Assembly (NCBI GenBank): GCA_963790475.1
Contig: CAWBOS010000013.1
Location: forward strand, 416,001-480,000
Direction: 5' to 3'
DNA: 64,000 nucleotides
From: an uncultured delta proteobacterium
GTDB taxonomy: Bacteria; Desulfobacterota; RBG-13-43-22
Part shown: piece after piece, positions 44,021 through 56,377 of the stretch
How positions within the stretch are numbered: the first letter of the stretch is position 1
Layout of the letters: every line of letters starts with the position of its first letter
Translations under genes and position numbers: made by a program
Notes under the pieces: model-generated
What the model saw: the letters and a program-made list of their open reading frames with translations, nothing else
Databases searched by the model: none
Told to the model about the DNA's origin: nothing

Positions 44021-44572
44021 ATGTACTTCGACATCATCATTGCCGGTTTCGGCGGACAGGGGGTCCTGTTACTGGGTAATCTTCTAACTTATGGGGCCAT
44101 GGAAGAAGGCCGCCATGTCACTTACATGCCTGTTTATGGGGTGGAGATGCGCGGCGGAACCGCCAACTGTACCGTGGTCATATCCGATCAGGATATCGGT
44201 TCCCCGGTCATCCATCATCCGGTGACCGCGGTGGTCATGAATAAGCCGTCCCTATTAAGATTCGGGCCGATGGTCCAACCGGGGGGTTGGCTTTTTGTCA
44301 ATTCTTCTTTGATCGATGCCCGGGAAGAAGATTATCCGGAAACCAAAATGATTATGGTTCCCACTATTGAATTAGCCGCCAAAGCCGGGGATCAACGATT
44401 GGCCAACATGACTATGCTGGGGGCCGTGATTGAAGAAACAAAGGCCATCAGCCAGGAGGCCGTGATCAAGGCCTTTAAACGGGCTATGGATAAACGCTAC
44501 CATAAAATGATTCCCATCAATACCACTGCCCTCGAAGAAGGCGCCAGGTTTATCCGGGAAGGAAGAAAATAA
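44021..44572 (+). CDS. 2-oxoacid:ferredoxin oxidoreductase gamma subunit
   Basis: AGFGGQG, YG.EMRGG. Confidence 0.93.
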   Translation: MYFDIIIAGFGGQGVLLLGNLLTYGAMEEGRHVTYMPVYGVEMRGGTANCTVVISDQDIGSPVIHHPVTAVVMNKPSLLRFGPMVQPGGWLFVNSSLIDAREEDYPETKMIMVPTIELAAKAGDQRLANMTMLGAVIEETKAISQEAVIKAFKRAMDKRYHKMIPINTTALEEGARFIREGRK

Positions 44573-44697
44573 GTTTTCGGTATAAATCAAAAAAGTGTTC
44601 CCCTCCCCCCAACTTCCAGGGGTTCTTATCCTAAATGTTGCAAAAGCCGGGAATGCCGCAGATCTGAGGCGGCAAGGGTGATTATACAAAGTTTAGG

Positions 44698-46410
44698 TTA
44701 TTGTAGCTTGATCTTCAGACTCCGCAGACGATTGACAGCCCCCGCGATTTCAAAGATCCGGGGCTTGGTAAGATTCCCTACCTTATAAGGCATCAGAACA
44801 TCCAACCCTTTCTCCTCGATTTCAGCCATCGCCTTTTCCAGACCTTCTGTGAGGCAGGAACTATTTTCTAAATACCGGGTGGCATAGAGGTGAATCAACC
44901 GGCCGATGGCCCGGGTCTGTCCGGTTTCCACTAATTGTTCCAGGAAAGACAGGTCAATGGACTGTTCCCCGTAAAGGAGTGTCCCCAGGCCTTTGGCATC
45001 GATGCGGACCTCCCGGTTCCCCCGGCTGGGATCAAAGCTGTCCGGCTTGGGTTGACGAGCGGTAATTTCTCCAAAGCCTTCTCCTCCTTCGGCAAGCCGA
45101 TGAACCGGGAATCTCTGGGCAATCTCCCGGGCTTGCCCGGTTACAATAAAGGGACGGTAGTTATTCATCCAGATCACAGTGTCGGCCTCTTCAAAATAAT
45201 CCCCGGACCCTCCCATGACCAGAATGGTTGAAACTCCCGTATCCTGATAAAGTTGCCGGACCTTGTCGATGAACGGAGTAATCGGCTCATGGGCCTTTTG
45301 TACCAGCTCCTGCATACGGCGGTCCCTGATCATGAAATTGGTGGCCGAGGTGTCTTCATCGATCAGCAAAACCCCGGCCCCCATTTCCAGGGCTTCCATG
45401 ATATTGGTGGCCTGGGAGGTGCTGCCGCTGGCATTGTCGGTGCTGAAATGCAATGTATCCCGAAGCAAAGGAAGGGATTTGATGAAGGGACTGATATTGA
45501 CCTTCTCTACAAAGCGACCGTCTTCAGCCCTGATTTTGACCGCTTTCGGATCGGTGGCCACATATTCCCGGCCGTCCCCGGGGATGTGGCTGTAGACCCC
45601 CAATTCCAGGGCCCGGAGAAGGGTTGATTTGCCATGAAAACCTCCACCGACGATCAGGGTCACCCCTTTGGGGAGCCCAAGACCGTTAATCGTTCCTTTG
45701 TGGGGGAGTTGAAATGACACCGATAATTCCTGGGGGGGATAAAAAGGAACGCTTCCCATGGCCAGTGGCCGGGAGCTGATGCCGCTCTCCCTGGGCAGGA
45801 CCGCTCCTTCAGGGACAAAGGCCGCCAATCCTTTGCTTTCCAGGGCCCTCCGCAGCCATTCCTGGTCTTCATGGGCATCTACAAAATGCTTAACCGTAAG
45901 ACCCATATTGGGAAATTGAAAAACGCCCTGCTGGACGACCTTAGGCAGGTCTTCGAAAAAAATGGAAACGGCCTCCATCCCCTGAATGGTCCTTCCGGCA
46001 GCCGGCAGATCAACCGTCAGACGCAGCTCCAGAGTTTCTCCCTGGATCACCACCGCCGACCGTTCCAGGATTTCCGGCCCCCCGGCCTCGATGTTGATCT
46101 GGTCTCGATTTCCGGCTCCGCGGGGTTTTGAAGAAAGGTTTCGAATGGCCTGGTGGACCTTTCGGCCGAGAAAATCGCAAAAGGCGATGCGGCGGGTCTT
46201 GTTTTCCCAGAGATCGGAAAAAATTTTCCATTTCTTTAAGGAGATAAGGGCACGGACCCGGGACGGTGGGGCATAGGGGTCGGCCTGTACCCGATCGATA
46301 GACAGTTCATACTGGGAAAAGAGATAAAGGCCTTCTATATCCTGATAGGCCTTGTAGCCTTTATCGTGAATACGGAACAAGGTCTTTTTTAAGTCATCGG
46401 CTGATTTCAT
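44698..46410 (-). CDS. Predicted ATPase of the ABC class (ABC_ATPase domain protein)
   Basis: VQADPYAPPS, GGGFHGKSTLL, ASGSTSQA, LIDEDTSATNFM.RD. Confidence 0.85.
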   Translation of the reverse strand: MKSADDLKKTLFRIHDKGYKAYQDIEGLYLFSQYELSIDRVQADPYAPPSRVRALISLKKWKIFSDLWENKTRRIAFCDFLGRKVHQAIRNLSSKPRGAGNRDQINIEAGGPEILERSAVVIQGETLELRLTVDLPAAGRTIQGMEAVSIFFEDLPKVVQQGVFQFPNMGLTVKHFVDAHEDQEWLRRALESKGLAAFVPEGAVLPRESGISSRPLAMGSVPFYPPQELSVSFQLPHKGTINGLGLPKGVTLIVGGGFHGKSTLLRALELGVYSHIPGDGREYVATDPKAVKIRAEDGRFVEKVNISPFIKSLPLLRDTLHFSTDNASGSTSQATNIMEALEMGAGVLLIDEDTSATNFMIRDRRMQELVQKAHEPITPFIDKVRQLYQDTGVSTILVMGGSGDYFEEADTVIWMNNYRPFIVTGQAREIAQRFPVHRLAEGGEGFGEITARQPKPDSFDPSRGNREVRIDAKGLGTLLYGEQSIDLSFLEQLVETGQTRAIGRLIHLYATRYLENSSCLTEGLEKAMAEIEEKGLDVLMPYKVGNLTKPRIFEIAGAVNRLRSLKIKLQ

Positions 46411-46807
46411 CCCATTACTCCCCCAGAGTTATTTTTAGAAAAATATCAAAATTTCCCTCTGGTGTCATTAAAGAAATGGTTCTCGGTTGAGGGAGGAAAA
46501 GAATCGAATAGATTTTAAAAAATACTTAACCGTTTAATACTTCATGTAAAAACCACATTCGCGATTATTTGTCAATGATTTTTTCAATCGGTTAGGGGCC
46601 TTTATTAAAGTAAGGTTGATTAATTTATATCACTAATAAATAATATAATAATTATTAATTGGACAAATGATTATCGTTTCCTTATTCTTTACCGAAGATA
46701 ATTCGAAAAGGAATTAAGTTTTCTCAGACAAAGACTTTTTATTTGATCTTGAATTAAAGAAAGGGTTCTGTTAGAAATTCACCAACCAATAAAATCTACT
46801 CAAGGTT

Positions 46808-47719
46808 ATGAACAAGCCCTTGGAAAAAATCGCCTCCATTGATATCGGCTCCAATACCTTACGTTTATTAATCGCTGAGAGAAGGGAAACAGGATTTTGT
46901 CCATTGTTCCGGGATCGGGAGATTGTCCGGCTGGGACGGAATTTTTATCCGAACTGCCTCCTGACTTCACCGGCCATGGAAGCCGCTGTAAAGGTATTGA
47001 GACGATTTAAAATCAAGGCCGAAGAAGAAGAGGTAGCCCAAGTACAGGCCGTCGGCACCGGGGTGCTTCGAGAGTCCCGGAACGTCCTGTTTTTTTTAGA
47101 GAGAATTAAAGAGGAAACGGGCCTTTCGGTGGAAATTATCAATGGGATCGAAGAAGCCGGCCTAATGGCTAAGGGAGTTCTTTCCCTCTTTCCTGCAACT
47201 CATGGAAAAGCCATTATTTTTGATATTGGCGGCGGGAGTACTGAGTTTGTTTTTATAGACAATGGGCAGATGGAAGACAGGGTCAGTATGCCTCTTGGGG
47301 TTGTGGGACTCACCGAAAAATTTTTGCAAACCGATCCTCCGAAATCCAATGAATTGGATTTACTTAAAGTCCATTGTCGAAATATTTTGAGGAAAAATTC
47401 GGCAAACGATGATAAGGTGACTACATTAATCGGCACGGCAGGTACGGTCACCACTTTGGCCGCTATGATAAAAAACCTTTTTGAATATGACCCGGATCAG
47501 ATCAACGGAACGGTCCTGACCGTTGAAAATCTTCTTGAATTATCTGAAAAAATCTTGGCCGTGACTTTTGACCGCCGGTCAACATTAACCGGATTGGAAC
47601 CGGGAAGGGCCGATATCATCAGCGCCGGAATTCTTCTGGTTTTAGAGATCATGGATCATTTTTCCCAAAAGGCGCTGCTGGTCAGCGATGCCGGGCTTTT
47701 GGAAGGGTTGATCCTATGA
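46808..47719 (+). CDS. ppx: Ppx/GppA family phosphatase
   Basis: IDIGSNT.RL, EEA, DIGGGSTE, RADII.AG, GLLEG. Confidence 0.9.
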   Translation: MNKPLEKIASIDIGSNTLRLLIAERRETGFCPLFRDREIVRLGRNFYPNCLLTSPAMEAAVKVLRRFKIKAEEEEVAQVQAVGTGVLRESRNVLFFLERIKEETGLSVEIINGIEEAGLMAKGVLSLFPATHGKAIIFDIGGGSTEFVFIDNGQMEDRVSMPLGVVGLTEKFLQTDPPKSNELDLLKVHCRNILRKNSANDDKVTTLIGTAGTVTTLAAMIKNLFEYDPDQINGTVLTVENLLELSEKILAVTFDRRSTLTGLEPGRADIISAGILLVLEIMDHFSQKALLVSDAGLLEGLIL

Positions 47720-47722
47720 AAA

Positions 47723-49345
<1,623 letters not shown>

Positions 49346-49351
49346 AAAAGA

Positions 49352-49949
49352 CGTTCGTTGTAAATCGTTTGTCGTTCAGCGATATTAACTATTAAATGAT
49401 TAGTTCGGAGTAATTAGTTCGGAGTTCGGAGTTCGGAGTAAAAAAATTAAAAATATTTGGAGTTGGGAGTTTATAGAGGGGATCGGAAAGTGGATGGGGA
49501 AAAGTTTGATTTTGAGGGTCTGATTGTTTATCAAAAAGGGTTGGAATATGTTGATTTTGTCTATGCGATTACTAAAATTTTCCCTAAATCCGAAATCTTT
49601 TCTTTGACGGATCAATTTCGAAGAGCCTCTTCCTCTATATGTTTCAATATTGCCGAAGGAAGTGGCGGGAGCAAAGCAGAATTCAAACAATTTCTTAAAA
49701 TTGCCAGAAGGTCGGCAAGAGAATGCGTGGCTATAACGGAAGTTTCCTTTCGACAAAAATATATTACCCAGGAACAAAAAAATAGGTCCAGAAAATATTG
49801 TCTGGAACTTTCAAAAATGTTAAATGGGTTGATAAAATCCATCAAGTAATTTCTTTGAATTCAACAGGTATTTCAGAAAAAAGGACTTAATCCGAACTCC
49901 GATCTGAAAATCGGTCAAGGTTTTACTCCGAACTCTGAACTCCGAACTA
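49352..49949. repeat. GTTCGGA/TCCGAAC heptamer arms enclosing the four-helix-bundle gene
   Basis: Left arm 49402-49439 (ttcggag x4); right arms 49891-49905 and 49925-49949 (actccga-actctga-actccga). Confidence 0.85.
49490..49849 (+). CDS. Four-helix bundle protein (23S rRNA IVP / Avd-like family)
   Basis: FE.L.VYQK, FP..E.F.LTDQ.RRA..SI..NIAEG, FL.IAR.S..E; AT-rich; start may be 49457 or 49490. Confidence 0.92.
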   Translation: MDGEKFDFEGLIVYQKGLEYVDFVYAITKIFPKSEIFSLTDQFRRASSSICFNIAEGSGGSKAEFKQFLKIARRSARECVAITEVSFRQKYITQEQKNRSRKYCLELSKMLNGLIKSIK

Positions 49950-50014
49950 TATTCGGTAACGGTGATAAATCTCTAAATCTAAAATTTAAATTGTACGCAA
50001 CAGAGGAACCCCGA

Positions 50015-51574
50015 GTGGACATCCACAGTCAAAAAGTTTTGATCCTGGATTTCGGTTCCCAGACCACCCAGCTTATTGCCCGGCGGGTCCGGGAGGCCAG
50101 GGTGTATTGCGAGATCCATCCCTTTAACTGGTCTCTGGAAAAAATCAAGGCCTTTGATCCCCAGGGGATTATCCTTTCGGGAAGTCCCGCCAGTGTCTAC
50201 GATTCCAAGGCCCCGCTTCCGGATCCCAAGATTTTGAATTTAGGGGTGCCGGTATTGGGGATTTGTTATGGGATGCAATGGATAACCCATCAATTAAAAG
50301 GTCAGGTGGGCCGCTCCGGCAAAAGGGAATACGGCCGGGTGGAACTCGAGTTTCTGGATTTTCAGGATCTTTTTTCCGGGCTCGACAAAGGGGATAAAAA
50401 CCGGGGCCGGATCGTCTGGATGAGTCATGGGGACCGGATCGAACGCCTCCCCAAGGGATTTACGGCCATCGCTCAAAGCTCCAATGCCCCGGTAGCCGCC
50501 ATGCGTAATTCCGAGAGGACGGTTTTCGGAGTTCAATTTCACCCGGAAGTAGTCCATACCCCGGCCGGACATCGTATCCTGAAAAATTTCCTGTTCAAGG
50601 TCTGTAAACTGAAACCGCTATGGACCCCCAGTTCCTTTATCAAGCAGACCATTGCCTCGGTTCAACAACAGGTAGGAAAGGAGAAAGTTATCTGTGGTCT
50701 TTCCGGCGGGGTGGATTCCTCGGTAGTAGCCGTACTGCTCCATCAGGCTATTGGGAAGCAGTTGACCTGCATTTTTGTCAACAACGGGGTGTTGCGAAGT
50801 GGAGAGGCCGAAAAAGTGATCCGGCTCTTCCGGGGTCATTACCGTATCCCCTTGATTTATGTGGATGCCTCTCAATCTTTCCTCAAGAAACTGAAGGGGG
50901 TGGTTGACCCGGAAAAAAAACGGACTATTATCGGTCATGAATTTATCCGTATTTTTGATGCCGAAGCTAAAAGGATCGGACCAGTCCGTTTCCTGGCCCA
51001 GGGGACCCTCTACCCCGACGTGATTGAATCGGTATCCTTTAAAGGCCCTTCGGCCACCATCAAGACCCACCATAATGTGGGCGGCCTTCCGGCCCGAATG
51101 AAATTAAAACTGATAGAACCTCTGCGGGAATTATTTAAGGATGAAGGCCGGGAAGTGGGACGAAATCTTGGGTTGCCCGAGGAGATCGTCAGCCGCCAGC
51201 CTTTTCCGGGTCCCGGGTTGGCCATTCGCATCCTGGGCGAGGTGACCGAAGTCCGGTTAAACATCCTCCGTCAGGCCGATACCATTGTCTGGGAGGAAAT
51301 GCGGAAGGCCGATTTATATACCAGGGTCTGGCAGTCCTTTGCCGTTTTGCTGCCTATAAAAACCGTGGGGGTCATGGGAGACGAGCGGACTTACGAAAAT
51401 GTCATAGCCCTCCGCATCGTGGACAGCCTGGATGCCATGACAGCGGACTGGAGCCGTATTCCTTATGACCTTCTGGGCCACATGTCCAACCGGATCATCA
51501 ATGAAGTCAAAGGGGTCAATCGGGTCGTCTTTGATATTTCTTCCAAACCACCCAGCACCATTGAGTGGGAATGA
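50015..51574 (+). CDS. guaA: GMP synthase (glutamine-hydrolysing)
   Basis: ILDFGSQ, GICYGMQ, QFHPE, SGGVDS, KPP.TIEWE. Confidence 0.98.
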   Translation: MDIHSQKVLILDFGSQTTQLIARRVREARVYCEIHPFNWSLEKIKAFDPQGIILSGSPASVYDSKAPLPDPKILNLGVPVLGICYGMQWITHQLKGQVGRSGKREYGRVELEFLDFQDLFSGLDKGDKNRGRIVWMSHGDRIERLPKGFTAIAQSSNAPVAAMRNSERTVFGVQFHPEVVHTPAGHRILKNFLFKVCKLKPLWTPSSFIKQTIASVQQQVGKEKVICGLSGGVDSSVVAVLLHQAIGKQLTCIFVNNGVLRSGEAEKVIRLFRGHYRIPLIYVDASQSFLKKLKGVVDPEKKRTIIGHEFIRIFDAEAKRIGPVRFLAQGTLYPDVIESVSFKGPSATIKTHHNVGGLPARMKLKLIEPLRELFKDEGREVGRNLGLPEEIVSRQPFPGPGLAIRILGEVTEVRLNILRQADTIVWEEMRKADLYTRVWQSFAVLLPIKTVGVMGDERTYENVIALRIVDSLDAMTADWSRIPYDLLGHMSNRIINEVKGVNRVVFDISSKPPSTIEWE

Positions 51575-51585
51575 AAAAAGAACAA

Positions 51586-51720
51586 GTTCTGAGTTCGGAG
51601 TTATTAGTTCGTAGTGAAAATCAGATAATCTAAAGATATCTCTCTCCGAACTCCGAACTCCGAACTAATTTCGTTGAACGGTTAACACTTTTTTGAACTT
51701 TGAACCTTGAACTTTGAACG
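51586..51720. repeat. GTTCGGA/TCCGAAC cassette plus TTGAAC(T/C) x4 between guaA and dnaE
   Basis: agttctg-agttcgg-agttatt-agttcgt ... ctccgaa x3; ttgaact-ttgaacc-ttgaact-ttgaacg. Confidence 0.82.
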
Positions 51721-51726
51721 GTTTTT

Positions 51727-54700
51727 ATGCCCCACGCACCTTTTGTACATCTTCATCTCCACACCCAGTATAGCCTGCTGGATGGAGAGATTCGCCTTAA
51801 AGGGTTGTTTGAAAAGGCCCAGGCCTTCAAACTGCCGGCTATTGCCATGACCGATCACGGCAACCTCTTCGGTATGGTGGATTTTTATAAACAGGCTCAA
51901 AAACATGGGTTGAAACCCATTATCGGCTGCGAAGTCTATGTAGCTCCGGGAAGCCGGCTGCAAAAAGAGACCCATCCCCATCAGGAAAATGCCTTCCACT
52001 TGGTCCTGCTTTGCAAGAACGAAAAAGGCTATCGCAATCTGGTCAAATTAGTCACCCAAGCCTATTTTGAAGGTTTTTACTACAAGCCCCGGATCGACCG
52101 GGAGCTGTTGAGGGAACATCACAAAGGCCTGATCGCCATGACCGCTTGCCTGCATGGAGAGATCCCCCATTATCTTCTCCAAGGTGATTTTGACCGGGCC
52201 TTGAAAACCACGCGGGAGCTGGCCGAGATATTCGACCAGGATCGGCTTTACCTGGAACTCCAAAAGAACGATATCCCCGAGCAGGAAATCGTCAACAAAG
52301 GCCTGCTGGAAATCCATCGTCAATTGGGCCTCCCCATTGTAGCCACGAATGATTGCCATTACCTGACTCAGGAAGAGTCCAAGGCCCACGATGTCTTACT
52401 TTGTATCCAGACCGGAAAGACGGTGGACGACCCCAACCGGCTGCGCTTTTCCACCAATCAACTCTATTTCAAGTCCCCGGAAGAGATGTCCCTGCTCTTT
52501 GCCGACCTGCCCGAGGCCCTGGAAAATACGGTGCGCATCGCCGATCGATGCAATCTGGAATTGACTTTCGGCCAATCCTTTCTCCCCCGTTACGCCCTGC
52601 CTCCGGAAGAAACCATGGATGGGCGTCTCAAAAATGAGGCCCGGGCCGGTTTGCGAAGAGCGGCTGGCCGTCAAAGAACAGCTGAATCCGGCCTTCCCTC
52701 CTTCCCGGCACAAAGAATATCAGGACCGTCTGGAAAGGGAACTGACGGTAATCACTTCAACCGGATTTTCCGGGTATTTCCTGGTGGTTTCCGATTATGT
52801 GCGTTTTGCCAAAGAGAAGGGGATCCCGGTCGGGCCGGGCCGGGGTTCCGGAGCCGGGAGTCTGGTAGCCTACGCCTTAAAGATTACCGATATCGACCCC
52901 CTGGATTACGGGTTGATCTTTGAGCGGTTCCTGAATGTGGAACGAAAAGAACTGCCGGATATCGATGTTGATTTCTGTGTGGAACGCCGGGATGAGGTCT
53001 TAAAATATATCGCCGAGAAATACGGCCAGGAGTATGTGGCCCAGATCATCACCTTTGGTAAGATGCAGGCCCGGGCCGTCATTCGCGACGTGGGCCGGGC
53101 TTTGAACATCCCCTACGGAGAAGTGGATAAGATCGCCAAACTGATCCCTACAGTATTGAACATTACCTTGAGCGAGGCCCTGGAAATGGAACCCCGGCTC
53201 AAGGAACTGAAAGAGTCGGACCCGACCATAAAAGAATTGCTGACCATCGCCGAAGCCCTGGAAGGCCTCCCCCGTCATGCCTCCACCCACGCCGCAGGCA
53301 TAATTATTTCCCCACATCCCATAACCGATACCGTCCCCTTATATAAAGGTCCCAAGGGAGAAACCCTGACCCAGTACGAAATGAAATCGGTCCAGGAAAT
53401 GGGGTTGATCAAGTTTGATCTCCTGGGCCTGAACAACCTGACCATTATTCAGTATGCCTTAAGAACTATTGAACGGACTCACAGTCAATTAATTGATTTG
53501 ACCCGGATCCCTCTCGATGATCCGGCTACTTATGAACTGCTGGGCCGGGGAGATACCAACGGTGTGTTTCAATTGGAAAGTTCGGGGATGAAAGAATTGT
53601 TGATCAGGATGAAGCCCCAAAATTTTGAGGACCTCATTGCCATCAATGCCCTTTACCGGCCCGGGCCTTTGAAAAGTGGTATGGTCGATGATTTTGTCCG
53701 GAGAAAACACGGGGAAGTGCCGGTCGAGTATCCCCATCCGCTCCTGGAAGGGGTCTTGAAAGAAACCATGGGGATCATTGTTTACCAGGAACAGGTCATG
53801 CAGATCGGTGCATTATTGGCCGATTATTCCATGGGAGAGGCCGACACCTTACGAAAGGCCATGGGCAAAAAGATTCCCGAGGTCATGGCCCAGCAACGGA
53901 CCCGCTTTCTGGAAGGGACCAAGAAAAAAAGGATCGACCAGAAGAAGGCCGACGACATTTTTGACAAAATGGAAACCTTCGGCGGCTACGGGTTTAACAA
54001 GTCTCACAGTGCCGCCTATGCCTTGATCACCTACCAGACCGCTTATCTGAAGGCCCATTATCCCCTCGATTTCATGGTAGCCCTGATGACCAGTAAAATG
54101 GGCAATTCCGCGGAAGTGACCAAGTGCATTGCTGAATGCCGGGAAAAAGGGATTGTGGTCCTGCCCCCGGATGTGAACCTGAGTCACCTGGATTTTACGG
54201 TCGTGGAAGACAAAATCCGTTTCGGGCTGGCGGCGGTAAAAAATGTCGGGGCCGGGGCCATAGAGTCCATCCTGGAGGCCAGGAATAATAGGGGAGAATT
54301 TAAATCTCTGATCGATTTTTGTCGTCGGGTGGATCTGCGCCGGGTGAACCGCAGGGTGGCGGAGAGTCTGATCAAGTGCGGGGCTTTCGATTCCCTGGGG
54401 GTGGCCCGTTCCCGGCTGATGGCCTTTTTGCCCGAAGCCCTGGACATAGGCCAACAACGTCAAAAAGAAGAGTCTGAAAACCAGTTCAGTCTTTTTTCCA
54501 TGGGAGGAGATTCGGGGTTAACCCGGCCCGATATTGATCCTCCTATGGTCGAGGAATGGCGGGAGAGCCAAAAACTTTCTTTTGAAAAAGAAATATTGGG
54601 TTTTTATATTACCGGTCATCCCTTGACCCGCTACGCGGAAAGCCTGCAAGACCTGAAAACCATGGACATCCAATCCTTGTCCGAACTGGAAGATAAAGAA

Positions 54701-55249
54701 AATGTGCGATTGGCCGGGATGGTGGCCGCCCTGAAAGAGATTAACAGTAAAAAAGGGGAGCGGATGGCATTTGCCACGATTGAGGACCTGACCGGCTCTT
54801 GTGAAGTTATCATTTTCTCCGATATTTTTCGAAAATGTTCCCAGGTGTTAAAAGAAGAAGGGCCGCTATGGGTCACCGGTATCACGACCAAAGATGAAAA
54901 AGGGATTAAAGTCATTGCCAACGATATACTCCCTTTGACTGAGGTCGAAGAAAAAATGGCCCTGCAGGCCGTTCTCAAATTGCAGGTCAACGGCTTGACC
55001 CGGACTCAACTTTCAGAATTGAAGGATTTTTTAAAAAATCATACCGGCTCCTGCCCGGTCCGGATTTGCGCCTGCCTTCCGGATAAAAGCCAGGTCGTCT
55101 TGAGTCTTCCGGAAACTTTGACTATCCGGCCTTCGGTTCGGATGCGACGCGAAATGAAGGGGCTTTCCTGCAAACCCTTTCTGGAAGTGGTTTACCCCGA
55201 TTTTGCAAAAGCCGAGGGCAATGGGGATCAGAGGCGGCGGGGACAATAA
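51727..55249 (+). CDS. dnaE: DNA polymerase III alpha subunit, split by one extra base near 52654
   Basis: PHP domain (HLHLHTQYSLLDG) in 51727-52923; GRGSGAGS, PDIDVDF and YGFNKSH in 52619-55249; removing C52654 gives EARAGL-EERL. Confidence 0.95.
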
Positions 55250-55253
55250 AAAC

Positions 55254-55532
55254 AAGGTGCAAGGTTTTAGGTAGTAATAGTTCGGAGTTTGGTGTTCGGA
55301 GTCCGGAAAAACCTTTGAGTTTTGGTTGAAAAGAATGGCGGAAAAAGTGGAGGGTCTTATAGGTCTTGATACCTCCCGGTTATAATGGTCACCCATGGAC
55401 AACGGGTTTTCTAATCTTTTACCTTGAACCCTGAACCTCGAACCTTGAACCCTGAACCTCGAACCTTGAACCCTGAACCTCGAACCTTGAACCTTAGACC
55501 ATGAACCTTAAACCTTATACCTCAAACCTGAA
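55254..55532. repeat. Nested heptamer cassette with a 16-unit ACCNNNN array (55421-55532)
   Basis: (accttga-accctga-acctcga) x3 then seven degenerate units; AGGT-type and TTCGGAG-type arms at 55254-55305. Confidence 0.88.
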
Positions 55533-55538
55533 TTTATT

Positions 55539-56267
55539 ATGCCAGAATATCAGGAGCGATTCTACCGCAGCAAAATCAATTCTCCGGACTGGGTCTCTTT
55601 TACCATCCAGGTCAAGGAAAGCGACCTCTGGGTGCGGGCCAGGAAAGATCTTTCGGCTGAAGGCTATGAACGGGTTTTTCAGTACCGTCATTCCCTGGAA
55701 ATCTATATTCAACAACACCCCGAATTCAAAGAATCCTTACAGCCCCTTGAATTAGATTCTCTGGCCCCGCCCATTGTGCAAGCCATGCTGCAGGCCGCTA
55801 AGACCGCCGGGGTCGGTCCCATGGCCGCGGTGGCCGGGGCTATCGCCATGTTTGTCGGGCAGGATCTGCTGGCCTTTTCCCCGGATGTTATTATTGAAAA
55901 CGGTGGGGATTTATTTATCGCCTGCCACGAGCCCCTGACCGTTGGAATCTACGCCGGAGAGTCATCTTTGAGCGGAAGGTTGGGAATTCAGTTGGCCCCT
56001 TCCGGCAGGCCGGTAGGGTTGTGCACTTCTTCCGGGACCGTGGGCCATTCCTTGAGCTTTGGCCGGGCCGATGCCGTGACTATTTTTTCTCCGTCGGCCA
56101 CCCTTTCCGACGCCGTGGCCACCGCTGTGGGCAACCGGGTACAAACTAAAAACGATATCCAACCGGCCCTGGAATGGGCCCAACAGATTCCGGAGGTCGA
56201 GGGGGTTTTGATTATTGTTGGAGATCAGGTCGGGGTTTGGGGGGAGTTGGAGTTGGTGACCTTGTAG
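55539..56267 (+). CDS. UPF0280 family protein (ApbE-like)
   Basis: GVGPMAAVAGA, ENGGD, CTSSGTVGHS.SFG.ADA. Confidence 0.88.
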   Translation: MPEYQERFYRSKINSPDWVSFTIQVKESDLWVRARKDLSAEGYERVFQYRHSLEIYIQQHPEFKESLQPLELDSLAPPIVQAMLQAAKTAGVGPMAAVAGAIAMFVGQDLLAFSPDVIIENGGDLFIACHEPLTVGIYAGESSLSGRLGIQLAPSGRPVGLCTSSGTVGHSLSFGRADAVTIFSPSATLSDAVATAVGNRVQTKNDIQPALEWAQQIPEVEGVLIIVGDQVGVWGELELVTL

Positions 56268-56275
56268 AGCGATTA

Positions 56276-56348
56276 GTTCGGAGTTCGGAGTTCGGAGTAG
56301 AAACTCAACGTGCAGGATCGCTAACTCCGAACTCTGAACTCCGAACTA
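56276..56348. repeat. GTTCGGA/TCCGAAC cassette between the UPF0280 and patatin genes
   Basis: agttcgg x3 ... actccga-actctga-actccga. Confidence 0.85.
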
Positions 56349-56377
56349 TATTTTTATTATAGAAGAGGTACTTCATT

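Noticed and set aside
46411-46807. AT-rich intergenic region as a possible oriC
   Set aside because: No DnaA-box cluster; explained by divergent promoters. TTATCCACA at about 22919 and 29098 are isolated and inside genes.
49490-49849. Diversity-generating retroelement suggested by the Avd-like gene
   Set aside because: No reverse transcriptase and no TR/VR pair with adenine-specific mismatches seen.
55421-55532. Possible CRISPR array
   Set aside because: Tandem 7/21-bp units with no unique spacers, and no cas genes in the window.
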